Positions 21,401 to 32,401 of a DNA stretch of 64,000 nucleotides are shown here, one piece after another. The translations under genes were made by a program, and so were the position numbers. The notes beneath the pieces are model-generated. The model had not been told where the DNA came from and searched no databases. It was given only the letters and a program-made list of their open reading frames with translations. Position 1 is the first letter of the stretch, and each line of letters opens with the position of its first letter. The DNA comes from Hyaloraphidium curvatum SAG 235-1 (lineage: Eukaryota > Fungi > Monoblepharomycota), in the NCBI GenBank assembly GCA_025558095.1, contig JAIVFI010000037.1, positions 310,001 through 374,000 of the forward strand, given 5' to 3'.

Positions 21401-21846
21401 TCGGGTTGATGGAGCGGGTGGAGATCAAGCTGATGCCCATGGAGGACCCGGGCAACACCGTGCCGATACGTAAGACCGTGGCTTCCGGGTTCTTTTACCA
21501 GTGGGTTACTTGTTTGGCCTTGGTGGCGACCTGGGCTCACGTTCCGTCCTCCTTGCGTCCTCCTTGCAGTGCTTCGAGACTCCAGCGGAGCGGAGATTCG
21601 TACCGGACGGTGAAGCACAACCAGACGGTCTACATCCATCCCACCAGCTCACTCTTCATGGAAAAGCCGAAATGGGTCGTTTACTTTGAACTCGTACTCA
21701 CCTCCAAGGAGTACATGCGGCAGTGCATCGAGATCCAGCCCGAATGGCTTGCGGAAGTCGCACCGCACTTCTTCAAGAACGAAGATTTACGCGACGACAG
21801 TTCAAAAAAGCTACCCAAGGCAAATGGAAGGCAGTCCAATCTGTAA
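18418..21846 (+). CDS. DHX16: Spliceosomal DEAH-box helicase DHX16/Prp2; predicted introns 19096-19155, 19757-19810, 21501-21569
   Basis: PWI-like N-terminus; [49 protein letters not shown]; [10 protein letters not shown] is typical of DHX16. Confidence 0.95.
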   Translation: MGTPQELKTWISDKLQSLFGLSDRTMVDYVQTIASKAKSADAVLQKLVEADISDAPATAAFARELHSRISRAQSSHSTSAVAELARKEGEAKKRKRELREEIQRTKAYSLLTGDDVDDAATESSSRKGRSAENGREGREAKSSKDREPRTKRLRKRESESEDEGGEPGSHVVRTRVPSVPEPKEEAGDEDALDEFERAERERERDLKERDEFAERLRLKDEEKTKKVRVDPSFRRPSVVDRGAAVQLVEDRSTAGESEALKRRRIADDRERRLEALPQLREVSRQEYLKKREEQRLLLAEQELEDELFLFKDEELTKKERKERDYKRQVLQLAKERMSINDHVDGYQMPEDYITEKGKLDKKKQEQLLYGRYREEEGPPVNEQQQWEAEQIKKSTLSVGAKGRKRTDEDYEFLFDEEQQMQFVLENTLQGKQEEGSAVLVDEAQKQGGRERCVPARFSHTQVESAMTIQEVRKSLPVYPFREQLLSAVEQFQVLIIVGETGSGKTTQIPQYLFEAGYCKDGKKIGCTQPRRVAAMSVAARVAEEVGTKLGYQVGYSIRFEDCTSDKTVLKYMTDGMLLREFLTEPDLASYSVLMIDEAHERTLHTDILFGLVKDIARFRPDLKLLISSATMDAQKFSEYFDDAPIFNIPGRRYPVDIYYTKAPEANYLAAAITTIMQIHVTQDKGDILLFLTGQDEIDSAVETLGSITRSLGSKIKEMILCPIYSTLPPELQSKIFEPTPEGARKVVLATNIAETSITIDGIVYVIDPGFVKQKSYNPRTGMESLIVVPCSRASANQRAGRAGRVGPGKCFRLYTAWAYQNELEENTIPEIQRTNLGNVVLLLKSLGINDLINFDFMDPPPPETLIQALGQLYALGALNDRGELTKLGRRMAEFPLDPMLSKTLIASEKYGCSEEIVSIVGMLSVQNAIFYRPKDKAIHADKARKNFFRPGGDHLGLLAVWNAWVETNYSIQWCYENFIQHRSMKRARDVRDQLVGLMERVEIKLMPMEDPGNTVPIRKTVASGFFYQWVTCLALVATWAHVPSSLRPPCSASRLQRSGDSYRTVKHNQTVYIHPTSSLFMEKPKWVVYFELVLTSKEYMRQCIEIQPEWLAEVAPHFFKNEDLRDDSSKKLPKANGRQSNL

Positions 21847-21916
21847 GCGGGCTCGGGGCGGGACCGGAGGGCTCCTCATCATATCTGTGTCATTCAATCA
21901 TCTGTGTGTAACTCAA

Positions 21917-23931
21917 TCACAGCGAAACGCTCATCGAAACGGACAGCAGTTTGCCCAGATCGTCATCCTCCGACGAGTCGGATTCCGGCCGAAACCCGAT
22001 CGCGGAGGCATGTCCCGCGGCCTCCGACCCGTCTTGCCACTCCAGATACAGGTCTTCGACGTACGAACCCGACTTCGGGAGCTGGTAGGGATCGAAAGGG
22101 AAGAACCCGTTCAAAATCGCCCAGTACGAAATGTCCGTTTCCGCGACCAGCGAACCGCTGGAGTCGGCCATGATCGCATCCGGCCAGTGAAGCGGACCCG
22201 ATACCTTTGCGTCGCGGCGGTCGATCATGGAGTTGACGTAGTGCAACTCCAGCCGATGGACGGTGGATGCAAATTCGTGCGCAACACCGGAGCTCACGAC
22301 CTGAAGAGGGGTCAGAACACCAGGCAAATGGAGCTGCAGACCAGCACACCTTGAGGGGTTTGAATCGCGAGTTCAGGATGCCGGGAATGGCGTGAAGCTC
22401 GGGCGGCCAATGGACTCTGGCTGCTCCGTCCCCCTCCGTCCTCATCAGCTCCCTCCAGCGAAAGACAAAGACGTAAAGGACGGCCTGCACCACGGCGTAG
22501 AAGACGCCGTACTTCCGGTGGTCCGGCGAGACTGCAGAGCTCTCGAATTTGCGGACGTAGCTCGCCGCCCACTCCGCCATGACGCCGAGGCACTCCTTCA
22601 CGCGATCCATGGACAGGTACTTTGCCCTGGCCACAAAACTCCCAGCATAGCCGGCGGCCGACATTCGGTTCAGGGCCGGGAGAGATGGATCCGTGATGCG
22701 CTCGATCAGGAGCGTCAGAAAATCGTCCGAAAACTCCTCCGAGAAGGATGAGGTGTAGAAGATGAGGAACTGAACGTGGCGGCTCCGTACGCTGCGGCTG
22801 ATTGTCCGATCGAAGATGTTGAGCAGCACGCTGTGCAGTTCCTTGGCACGCCGCACGGCGGCCTTGTCCGGTTTCGATTTGAGGTTCCGGAACGTGGCCG
22901 ACAGGTAGTCGAAAACGATGACCATGAGCGCGTCAAGCTTCAGCGCCATTTCGCTCTGGTCCACAGTGTCATTCGCGGTCCCTTCCGTGTCGCTGTCAAG
23001 CTCATCGTCGGCGGGGTCCTCTTCCGCGTCACTGTCCATCACCGCCTCCCCCGCGTCCATATCAAAGACCAAGGTATCCGTCTGGGGCTCCGTAGGGGTC
23101 ACGGCCTCGACTTCATCCTTCTGAACATGGACCTGTTGCGGGCATGAGCGCGGCGCGACGCGAAAGCGAAACGGAGAGCCTACATCGATCTGCAGGATCC
23201 GGTCGACGATGAGTGACAGGAGCTGTTTCTCGAAGTTGGGTGCGTAGTCCAGGACCTTGATGGCATGTCGGAGGTAGTGTATGTGGCAGTTGAGTGGCGC
23301 GCGAGGGTGCGGAAAGTGCTCCGCCAGCAGCGAGGCCACGAACGAGGGTGCCGTCGGCACCAGCTCCAAGACACGCTTCAGGAGGTGGTGTAGCCGCCGA
23401 TCCGTCTGGCTCCCCGGCGTCCACTGCTGCTCGCCTGTTCGACCAAGGTCGGTCAACGACGGCGAGCCAGAGGCTGACCAAGAACGAGGACCGACCGGAA
23501 CCAAAGGCCTTGATCACCATCCTCGCCACAGCCTGGCCGTAGAACGCCTGCGCGCTGACGAGACTCTCCAGAAACTGCTGGTATAGGGCCGCAAACTCCT
23601 CGTCCTGGCCGGTCCAATCGATGGAGAGCCAGAACTCGACGACCTCGTGGAAAGTCTTGTCCAGCAGCGACACCACCTCGGCAAACGCCCTCAGCCACGA
23701 CAGCAGCGAAGCCAGCTGCCCCGCCGTCTCGCGCAGCTCGTCCAGCATGGCCGCATAGCCGTTGCGGTCGCCCTGCGGCCGGTGAGCGCGGGCGGGTTTT
23801 TTCTGCGGCGAACGCACCCGCGCCAGGTCCCGCAGCGCCTTCTTCAGGAAGCCGAGCGTCGCGACCTCGACGTCGCCCATCGCGCGCGGCGCAGGCCGCA
23901 GCGTCGCCGGCGCGCCCCGCCGCGACTGCAT
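21917..23931 (-). CDS. RRN3: RNA polymerase I initiation factor RRN3 (multi-exon)
   Basis: LLSLIVDRILQIDV, KLDALM, RHVQFLIFY, YAGSFVARAK, FYAVVQAVLYVFVFRW, FFPFDPYQLPKS. Confidence 0.93.
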
Positions 23932-24023
23932 CGCAGAGAGGGACGCGGGAAAAGATCTCTTGGTGGCCAGCCGTACTCGTTCGATCACTTCTAGCCCGAC
24001 CAGACAACCCACACACTCGCGCG

Positions 24024-24654
24024 ATGTCGGTGAAGGACCGCTCGCTGATTGCGCTTATCGGCGATGAGGTAGCTTTCCGCCGCCAGCTGCGCCCAGCGGG
24101 TGGCGGCCGCGTGGAGGAGCTCTGAACCGCAATGTGCCCCGCCGACGCCACAGGACACCGTCACCGGCCTGCTGCTCGCCGGTGTCGGCAACGTCGACAA
24201 CAAGACGAAGCCCAACTTTCTAATCGTCGATGGGAGTACGTGGTCCCATCGGCACCGGTCCGGCGTGGACGCCAATCGCGAGCCGAACCCGCAGAGACCC
24301 CCGTCAGCAAGATTGAGGAGACCTTCAACGAGTTTACGCGGAGACGGGACATCGCCATCATTCTTATAAACCAGCACGTGAGGCCGAGCTTTTGGGGCGC
24401 CGCGTGCGCGCGTCGAGGGACACCGTGGCTCATGGGTTGGGGCTGGCCGAACAGGTGGCGGAGGAGGTTCGGCAGGTCATCGACGACCACCATGCGGCGT
24501 TTCCGACGGTCCTGGAGATTCCGTCCAAGGACCACCCGTACGACCCGTCGAAAGGTTGGGCTCGGGAGTCGAGTGCCGTCGTCGAGCTGTCTGACCACGG
24601 ACCGTTCCAGATTCCGTACTGAAGAGGGTACAGCGGTTGTTTGGTGACGCCTGA
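24024..24654 (+). CDS. VMA7: V-ATPase subunit F (5 exons)
   Basis: Spliced product [27 protein letters not shown]...[16 protein letters not shown]...[28 protein letters not shown]. Confidence 0.95.
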
Positions 24655-24737
24655 GCGCTTGGTCTGGACATTTTTTCGGCATTTGCATGGATTATTGAGA
24701 TCGAATAGAAACATCGCGAGAAACTATTGCAGGTCCC

Positions 24738-24775
24738 AGAGCCGGCGCCATCGGTCAGAGCCGGCGCCATCGGTG
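24738..24775. repeat. 19-bp tandem duplication AGAGCCGGCGCCATCGGT(C/G) between convergent 3' ends
   Basis: Two adjacent copies visible. Confidence 0.75.
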
Positions 24776-24789
24776 AAAGCGGGTAGTGT

Positions 24790-27620
24790 TCAATTCCGGC
24801 GGTGCCGCAGTTCCTGCTGCCTGCGCTGCAGGTATCCAAGCTGGAGGAGAGGAGGACTCGAGCGTCAGCGATTTGGCCATCGGAGGGCCACCGGAAGGTA
24901 AAACCAACCTTCTCCATGACCAAGTTCAGCTTCTCCTTCCGGTCCTGGAGATCCAAATGTCTCCGCACGGTCACGTTCTGCCGCGCGAAATCGCTGATTT
25001 GGTTCCGACTCATGTCGTAGTAGAGCCGGTTGTCGACCTCGCGCGGCCACTGGAAGAAGAACTCGTTCAGGAGCTCCACTTGGAGGAACATGACAGCCGA
25101 CGTCGTCAGCTTCTCCGTGAGGGCGGCGAGGAACACCTCGGGGCAGCAGGTCTTGTTGTCGACCACGCGGCACTGCCGGCTCCGGATGACGGAGATGCGT
25201 GACCGCAGGGCCAGTATCTGCTGCCGGAGATCCCGCGCCTCCTTCGCCTTTTCCAGCAGCTTCGGGTTCAGCCGCGGGCCGTCCTCCAAGGATGGGACAG
25301 CGGGTTGCGCAGGGGGCGGCGCTTCCTTGCCGGATTTCGCGGCCGCGGCCGCCGCCGCCGCTGCCAGCCGCTTGGCCTCGGCCGCCTTGGCCTCGGCCAG
25401 CTGGGCGGCCTTTTCAATGTTCTCGACGTGGCGAATTGCCATGCGGAGCTTGCGCCGTCCGACCTGAGCCTTGATAGTCTGCAGAGCCTTCTCCTTGACC
25501 TGTAGCTGGCTCTCCACAAGCTCGACGGCCTTTTTCTGCCCGTCCGCCCAGTCCTGGACCGAGATGTCGACCTCCGTCTTGAAGGGCTTGATTGCGTTCT
25601 CCACCTGATCCACCGTCGTCGAGAAGCGGTCGCGGATGAGTTCCGTCGTGAGCGCCGTGATCTTCTCGCGTGCCTCGGGGTGGTGGACGAAAGGCTCGTT
25701 CTCGAGCATCGACTGCACCTCCTTGGAGAGCGTGTCCACAATCCGCTGGGCGCAGATGCGACCGATTCCGCTCTTCGTGAGCACGGAAGAGCTCAGGTTC
25801 AGCTTGGGAGCCCAGTGGGCGTCGGAGAGGCACGTGCTCGAGAACGTCTCGAACGCGGGGTCGTTGTAGTAGACCGTTCGGCAGGCCTCCATGAGGCGGT
25901 CCTGGAGAACCTTGCGGACCTCTTCACGGACCTGCGGCTTCCCGAACTTGGCAGCAAAGTTCTTGAAGCGCTGCTTGAGCTGGTCGATGGTCTCGGCAAC
26001 GTACGACTCCGCAGAGATCCTCCGGTCGTTGTACTGAACCTTGAACTGGTAGTTGGTCTCCTCGACTTCGCGCTCGACCGCGTCGACGACGCCGTAGAGC
26101 GACCGGCCCATGTGGTCCTCGAGGACGTCCATGAGGCGCTTGCGCAGCGCAGCGACGCCGACGTGGATGTCCCGGGCGCTGTAGATCGGGAACGACCGGA
26201 AAAAGTCGTCGTTGGGCGTTATGGCGGTCGAGCTCGCCGCGGCGGCACCTCCGCGCCGGGACTCCCTCCCGCTTGGTTTTGGCTTGCACACCACGCCGAC
26301 GTAGCCGAGCTCCAACGGATAGTCCGTGGTCCGGAGGATGCCAACGCCGTAATTGGGGTCCACCAGGTCCATCTTGGTGATCACGCCGATAGTGCGTAGC
26401 CCCAGCGGGTCCACCTTGCGACTGGCCCGGAGAGCTTCCGAGTTGGCGAGATCCACATCCGCCGCGGACACCGCCAGGACGATGTTGTTCTCCGAGATGT
26501 ACTTGTCGCAGAGCTCCTGGATCTTCTGCTTCAGCAGCGGAGGCTGGTTCTTGTTCGTGATTTGAATGTAGCCGGGCAGGTCCACCATGGTCAGGTCCGG
26601 CACGTTGGGCGAGTAGATCCTGAGCTCGATGGGTTTGTCCGACACGCACTCCGACTCCGGAACGGCAAGATTGAGATCCGACAAGGTCCTCTGGACCTTG
26701 GTGAAATCCGAGACCTTGCCGAGACCCAGCTGGGGAAACTCGGCGTATTCGGCGTTCGAGTCGGGGGTGTAGATGAGCGTCAGCTCAATGGGACGCCGTG
26801 TGACCATGTTAGTCCCTCTGGAGCACCGATGTCAGAAACGTCAAACAATAAGGCAGTCGGCACGCACTTGGGGAGGAACTCCTGGCCGACGATCGACTCG
26901 AGCACCGAGCTCTTCCCAGAGCTCTGGGAGCCCACGACCACGATGCTGGGCAGGTGCAGAGCATCGTCGTGGTCGATGGTCTTGAGGATGTTCCGGACCT
27001 CGATGAGCTTCCGCGTCAGCACCATGAACTCGTCGTCGCTGCGCCGGCCGCCGCCTTGGCCGCGGGAACCGCGGCCTCCGCGCACGTCCTCGTCCTCGTC
27101 GGCATCCCCGCCTCTACGGTCGTCATCGTCGCGTTCCGCAAGCGAAGACGCGGCAAGAGCTGCTGCTGCGGCGGCGCCCGCGCCCTCGGGCTCGTTGTCC
27201 GGACGGCCCTTCCTGGAGCGCTCCTCCTCCTTGTCCTTGTCCTTCGACTTGTCGTCCTTGTCGTCGGAGGAGAACATCTTGCCCAGGGAATCGGCGGCGT
27301 TCGACATCCACTCGAACACCGGGTTGTTGGCGACCTCTGCGCGGGGTCGGTGACACGCAAGCGCGGAAGCGCGATCCGGACGCACCGCTGACTTTCTGGC
27401 CGATGTACGCGGCGGCCCCGGCGCCCATCGCGCCGATCGCCATGGGAATGCGGATCAGCGAGCCGGCGGCGGCGTACGTCGTGAGCTGGCGGCTCCGCGC
27501 GGGGCGCACGAACACCGGCGGCGGCACGCGCGCCGCGGCCTCGCCGGCGCGCACGCCGCCGCCGCGCAGGGCATGGAGGCCCTGCGACGCGGCGAGCCGC
27601 AGGAACAACGTCCCCCTCAT
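24790..27620 (-). CDS. MGM1: Mitochondrial dynamin-like GTPase Mgm1
   Basis: Arg-rich presequence and hydrophobic segment; [38 protein letters not shown]; C-terminal [13 protein letters not shown]. Confidence 0.94.
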
Positions 27621-27686
27621 CGCGGGGTCATTGGACTGTCCTGCGGACGTAACGGTGACGATCGCTACTTCGATCACTGAACAGCA

Positions 27687-28541
27687 ATGCCCGCCCCTCC
27701 CGCCGCGTCGAGCACGCGTCTGCTGGTGCAGAATGCAGAGTACGCGGATAGCCTGGTTCGCGAGGTGCCCTCCTGCGCGCTCCCCTTGCTGGTGCCCGGG
27801 GTGACGCGTGTTCGCGTCCAGTACCTTCTGTTCCGCGGTTGCCCCCTGACCCTGCGGAGTTTCGATGCCGAGACGCGGAGAGCCCAGGGCGGGCTGCAGG
27901 TCGACGAGCTGGTGTCGACCCTCCTGGGATTCGTCACTTCGTCGGACCTGCCCGGCTTGCTGTCGTTCTGGAGCTACCTCGACAACCGCTACTTTGCCAG
28001 GATGGAGAGCCAATGTGTGTTTGCGGCAGTATTGGTCGATGTGGTTTGCTGATGGCCCTTGGCCAGACATGGGCACGATCCGGAAGCTGGAGTTGTGCCT
28101 CCTCCGATTCTACGTAGTGACCACGATCAAATCCGGTCGGCGGGATAAGCTGCTCGAGTTCTTCGAGGTCATGGGCCCGGACATATCGCATTCGGACAGC
28201 TGGGAGTCTTGGTAAGTCAACGGCGTGCCCGTGGAGCCCCAGGACTTGACGGCTTTCGCAGGTTTGGTGAGTCACGGAAATCATCTTTCCCGAAGCGTTG
28301 CCGGAGCTGACCGTATCCTAGCGATACCGTTCGTGAAGAAGCCAGACATTGATCCCGTCTTTGAGGTCTTGTGAGTGGTGTTGCGACTCGGCTGGTCTTT
28401 CCTCACCATGATCGGCGCAGTTTCTCCAAAGCTTGGGCAGAGAACTTCACCCTCAGTTTGCATAACTTCCTGGAGGCAGCCTTGGCAAACCTCCCTCTCC
28501 CGACGATCCTCTCCTTCCTGTCGGATGCCGACAAGAGGTGA
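27687..28541 (+). CDS. WDR91-like N-terminal helical domain protein with no WD40 repeats (multi-exon)
   Basis: DSLVRE/YLLFRG..TLRSFDAE, QVDELV, WSYLDNRYF, IRKLELCLLRFYVV, KLLEFF, IPFVKKPDIDPVFE, FSKAWAENFTLSLHNFL, then TGA at 28539. Confidence 0.75.
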
Positions 28542-28592
28542 GCAGGCCGCCAGGGCGCGCCGGCGCCTCGCGCTGAGATGTAAACAAACACA

Positions 28593-31027
28593 ATGGAATC
28601 TGCCCCCGGCCGCGCGGAATCTGAACAGGGACCCGCCGCAAAGAAGAGGCGGATTGACGATGCGCCCGGTCCAGCGTCTGGAGAGCGTTCCAGCGCGAGC
28701 GAGGCCTCCGTTGGCATCACCGAGGTTGCTGCTCCGGCGCTGCACCCCGAGCGACTCGCCAACATGCATTCCACGTTTCCTAGTTTGCATCTCCTGATGT
28801 CCCTGGATTCAGCGCCATCGTGAAGCACCGGTGCGATGGACTGCTGTTCCTGCAAGGTGGCTGCTGATGGCTGCACCAGATACTCGGACTTCATGGTCCA
28901 CGAGATCGGGCGCGACGGCAACGTGGTCCACCTGACGGCACTAGAGCCCGCTGTTGACAATGCCGAGCAAGAGGAAGCTGCGCTGGTGCCAAACCAAGTG
29001 GGCTCGCGCGTTGTAGCTGTCGTTTTTGTTCTGACCGCGGGATGCGCACGCCAAGCCCGAGAACAACCCTTTCGACGGGTTGGAGGTCATTGGAGTGGAG
29101 GCTCTCAAGGCCGTGCAGCTCCTGTGGGAGACGAAACCGGACCCCAAGGCCGCGCGTGTGGAGCCTGTCACAACGGACCCCATCGAGGACAAGGCTGTCC
29201 GAACTTCGGTCCACGACCTTTTCCGCAAACGCTTCAACGGCTTCTTTGACACGTCGACAAAGGATGGACGGGTCGTAGTCACTATTCGAGGTTCGGCCGG
29301 AACGGTGATGAGATGTTAAAGCGTGGGGCTAAAGGACCACTAGGAGCTGGGGGCAAGGGGGCGTACAGGTCAAGGACGACCCGGAGGGAGGAATACTGCG
29401 AGTTTGTGATGTACAAGGAAAACAAGGACACCATGGAGGCAGTGGGCATCGTAGCAAAGCTGGCGAGGTGCGCCTTGCGATGCTGATCAGACACCTGGCT
29501 AACCGCTCGCCAGGTGCCCCATGCGGTCGTTTTCGTTTGCGGGCACAAAGGATAAGCGCGCAGTGACGTCACAGAGGGTCACGGCCCATAAGTTTTCTGC
29601 GACGACGCTAGCGGACCTCAACAGAAAGCTCATTGGTATCCGTTTGGGCAACTTCAAGTACGTCTCGAAGCCGCTCCAGCTCGGCCAACTTGATGGGAAC
29701 CGGTTTACGCTCGTGCTACGGTGAGCGTGTTTCTTTGATTGCCGGTGAGTTGGGCTTGACCTGCTGCTAGCAACGTGCAGACCGAATCCGAGACGACGCT
29801 CGCCGAAGCCCTCCAGGCATTGGCAGACCGCGGCTTCGTCAACTATTTCGGACTGCAACGTTTTGGCACGGGACCGATTGCAACGCACGCCGTTGGCCGG
29901 GAGATGCTGCAGGGGAAATGGAAGGGGGCAGTGGACCTGATCTTGCAGCCCAAAGAGAATGGTGAGACGATGAACTGGGGACCTGATGCATCCATTAATC
30001 GTGCCTTTAGATTTCGACGACGTCAAGGAAGCTCGTGCTCTTTACCAGAAGCACGCCTACGCCGCGGCCGCGAGGAAGCTTCCGAAGCGGTTCACTGCCG
30101 AGAGGTCGATCCTCGAGTTCTTTGCGGAGAGGGGAAACGACCACGAGTCCCTCGGTGCGCTGATGAAGATCCCCCGGACGCTGCGCATGATGTACCTCCA
30201 TGCGTACCAAAGCTACGTGTGGAACGTTGTTGCCAGCTACCGCTTGAAGGAGCACGGCATGGCGGCGGCCTTGGGCGATCTGGTTCGCGTGGGGACATCC
30301 GCTGCTAAGGAAGCAGGGGACATCGATGGCGTGATTGGTTCGGACGTCGATCTGGACTTTGGTGGGGCCGCGGACAATGTCGAGGAGGGCTCCACCACCG
30401 CGGAGGTCAAGTACCTCGAATCCGAGGATGAAGCACGGACATACACCATCTTCGACGTTGTTCTCCCGCTGCCGGGACACCGGGTCATTTATCCCGCGAA
30501 CTGCGCAGACAAGTATCGCGAGGCTATGGCAGCCGATGGCCTCGATCCGTTCAGAATGGAAAGGCCGCAAAGGTAGGCTGCTCTTACGTTTAGTAAGCAA
30601 GCCGCTCACGCTGCTGCGCCAGGGAGCTTTCTTTGACGGGAAGCTACCGTAACATCATGTCTCGTGCGGACGGTCTCACGTGGTTGGTTGATTGACGCCG
30701 TCGGGTTGGCGGTGCTCCATCACCGACACGACCAACCCGCAGGAAAACGGTCCGCTACTCCGACGCTTCGAGCAACCTCTGTGCGACGGATCTCGACAAG
30801 CTCAAGGGCCGTACCGACGAAGAGCTGCAGCAGCAAACCGGTGGGTCTATCGAGAACGGTCGTCTTGGTCCCTACCGACGTGCGTTATCGCAGGGGAATG
30901 GCTCGCCGTAGTCATGCAGTTCTCGCTTCAACCCTCGAGTTACGCGACGATGCTTTTGCGGGAGCTCACAAAGCAGTCGAGCGAGATTTCTTTCCAAGCC
31001 GGGCTTTCGCGGCTGGCACCGCTGTGA
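28593..31027 (+). CDS. PUS7: TruD-family pseudouridine synthase Pus7 (multi-exon)
   Basis: RYSDFMVHEI, KENKDTMEA, FAGTKDKRAVTSQ, GNRFTLVLR, GFVNYFGLQRFG, YLHAYQSYVWN, SSYATMLLRE. Confidence 0.95.
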
Positions 31028-31959
31028 CTCTACATTGGTGCGCGAACGGACACGGATTCTAACTTGCGTGGCGAAACGGTGATGCGTCCCCGTCGTTGCG
31101 ACTCCAACTACGTCCCCGCCGCCCCTTCCCATGTAGCTTTGCCGCGGAGCGGCCCCGCGAGCGCCAGCGAGCCCCGCGTCAGCGGGCACGTTGCCCGTCG
31201 CAGGCCCGTACCCCCGGCGCGCGCGGAGCTCAGCGAGGGGTTCTTGCGCGCAGAGCGCGTTTGTGTGGTTGTCATCTTCCCGCCCTAAAGGCCGGCGCGG
31301 GCAATTCCGCCAACCGTTCATCTCTCGCCGGGGGGGGAACGGGAGCCCGCCGGGCGCCGGCTGGAGCACGGGACATCCGAACGGATGCATTTGGCGTAAA
31401 AGCAGCCGCGGGGAAATGCACTGGTAGTGGGGGACCGTTAACTGGTGTGGGGGACGGCCGGGTCGGCGGGCGGCGGGGGCCACCCGAGGGTCCGCCGCGG
31501 CCTCCGGAACCCGCAGAAACATCGTGCGCAGCCGTCGGAACGGCCAGCGGGGTCGTACGGTGCGCTGCCTGCGGGCTATGGGCGGCTGGACCCGGTGGCT
31601 CCGATGCTCGCTGGCGACCGCCTTCCCGCACCCTGAGCACGATGCCGGCCTGCTTCTAACGCGGGAGCGCTCTCTTCCGGCATTTTCCCGCGCGGACGGC
31701 GGGTTTCCGCGGACGGACGGCGGCGGGCGCGGGGCCATGGGTGCGGGCCGGCGACGTGCCCGCCGGACCGCCGCCCCGGCTCTTCCCCACGCCTTCCCTT
31801 GGCTGGCTTGCCTTGGATCGGGCTTTACCCGCTCCAAGCACCTGCCGCCCGTGCGGATCGTGGTTTAGCCGGCGTCGGGGACCGCCGTCGACTTTGGACC
31901 GGGACGGACTCGGGGAGGACGCGACCATCCCGCGGGCCATCTATTGCCCGCCCGCCGCG

Positions 31960-32330
31960 GCGCCCTCCCTGACGTACGTGAACTGCAGCCCGTCATGAGC
32001 GCGTCGTGCAGGACCTTGGCGAACGGATGCGCGGGGAACGTGCGGGCGTCGCCGTCCCGCACCCAGAGGACCGTGTCCGCCTGGCGCACGTCAGCGACGT
32101 AGTGCCCCGCGCCGTTGGAACCCTGGTGCTGGACGACGCTGCGGGGCGGCGGCGCGGTCAGCAGCGCCCAGCGCGCACGTTTCCGCCCGGTGGCCGGAAG
32201 CCCACCATTGGAGGCGGTACAGTGCGACGGGCACCGGGGGCGGATCGACCGCGGGCCGCGGCGGGCTGCTGCCGTCGTGGATCACCGCGACCGCGCTGTC
32301 GCTCGCGGGGTCGCTGTCGCCCTGCCCTCC
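31960..32330 (-). pseudogene. Relic C-terminal His-box of a ubiquitin-specific protease (C19), with one intron (32139-32205) and a frameshift
   Basis: Splicing gives LYRLQCVVQHQGSNGAGHYVADVRQADTVLWVRDGD. The terminal QFTYVRE is in a shifted frame. No Cys box upstream. Confidence 0.65.
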
Positions 32331-32401
32331 TCTTTCCTGCTGCCGCGCGAGGCTCAGCCGGACGGCTCCGCGAGGCGTGGTCGGGGTCAACCGACTGCCA
32401 G

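Noticed and set aside
19807-21639. Long antisense ORFs (also 32553-34400, 48448-50037 and others)
   Set aside because: These are shadows of high-GC3 sense genes with no motifs.
24477-24900. MGM1 C-terminal extension overlapping VMA7
   Set aside because: It arises from reading through the last intron; the spliced stop is at 24790.
31040-31900. Small spliced gene or ncRNA in the GC-rich gap
   Set aside because: An intron-like GTACGG...CTGAC...AG is present on the minus strand, but there is no convincing product or RNA motif.
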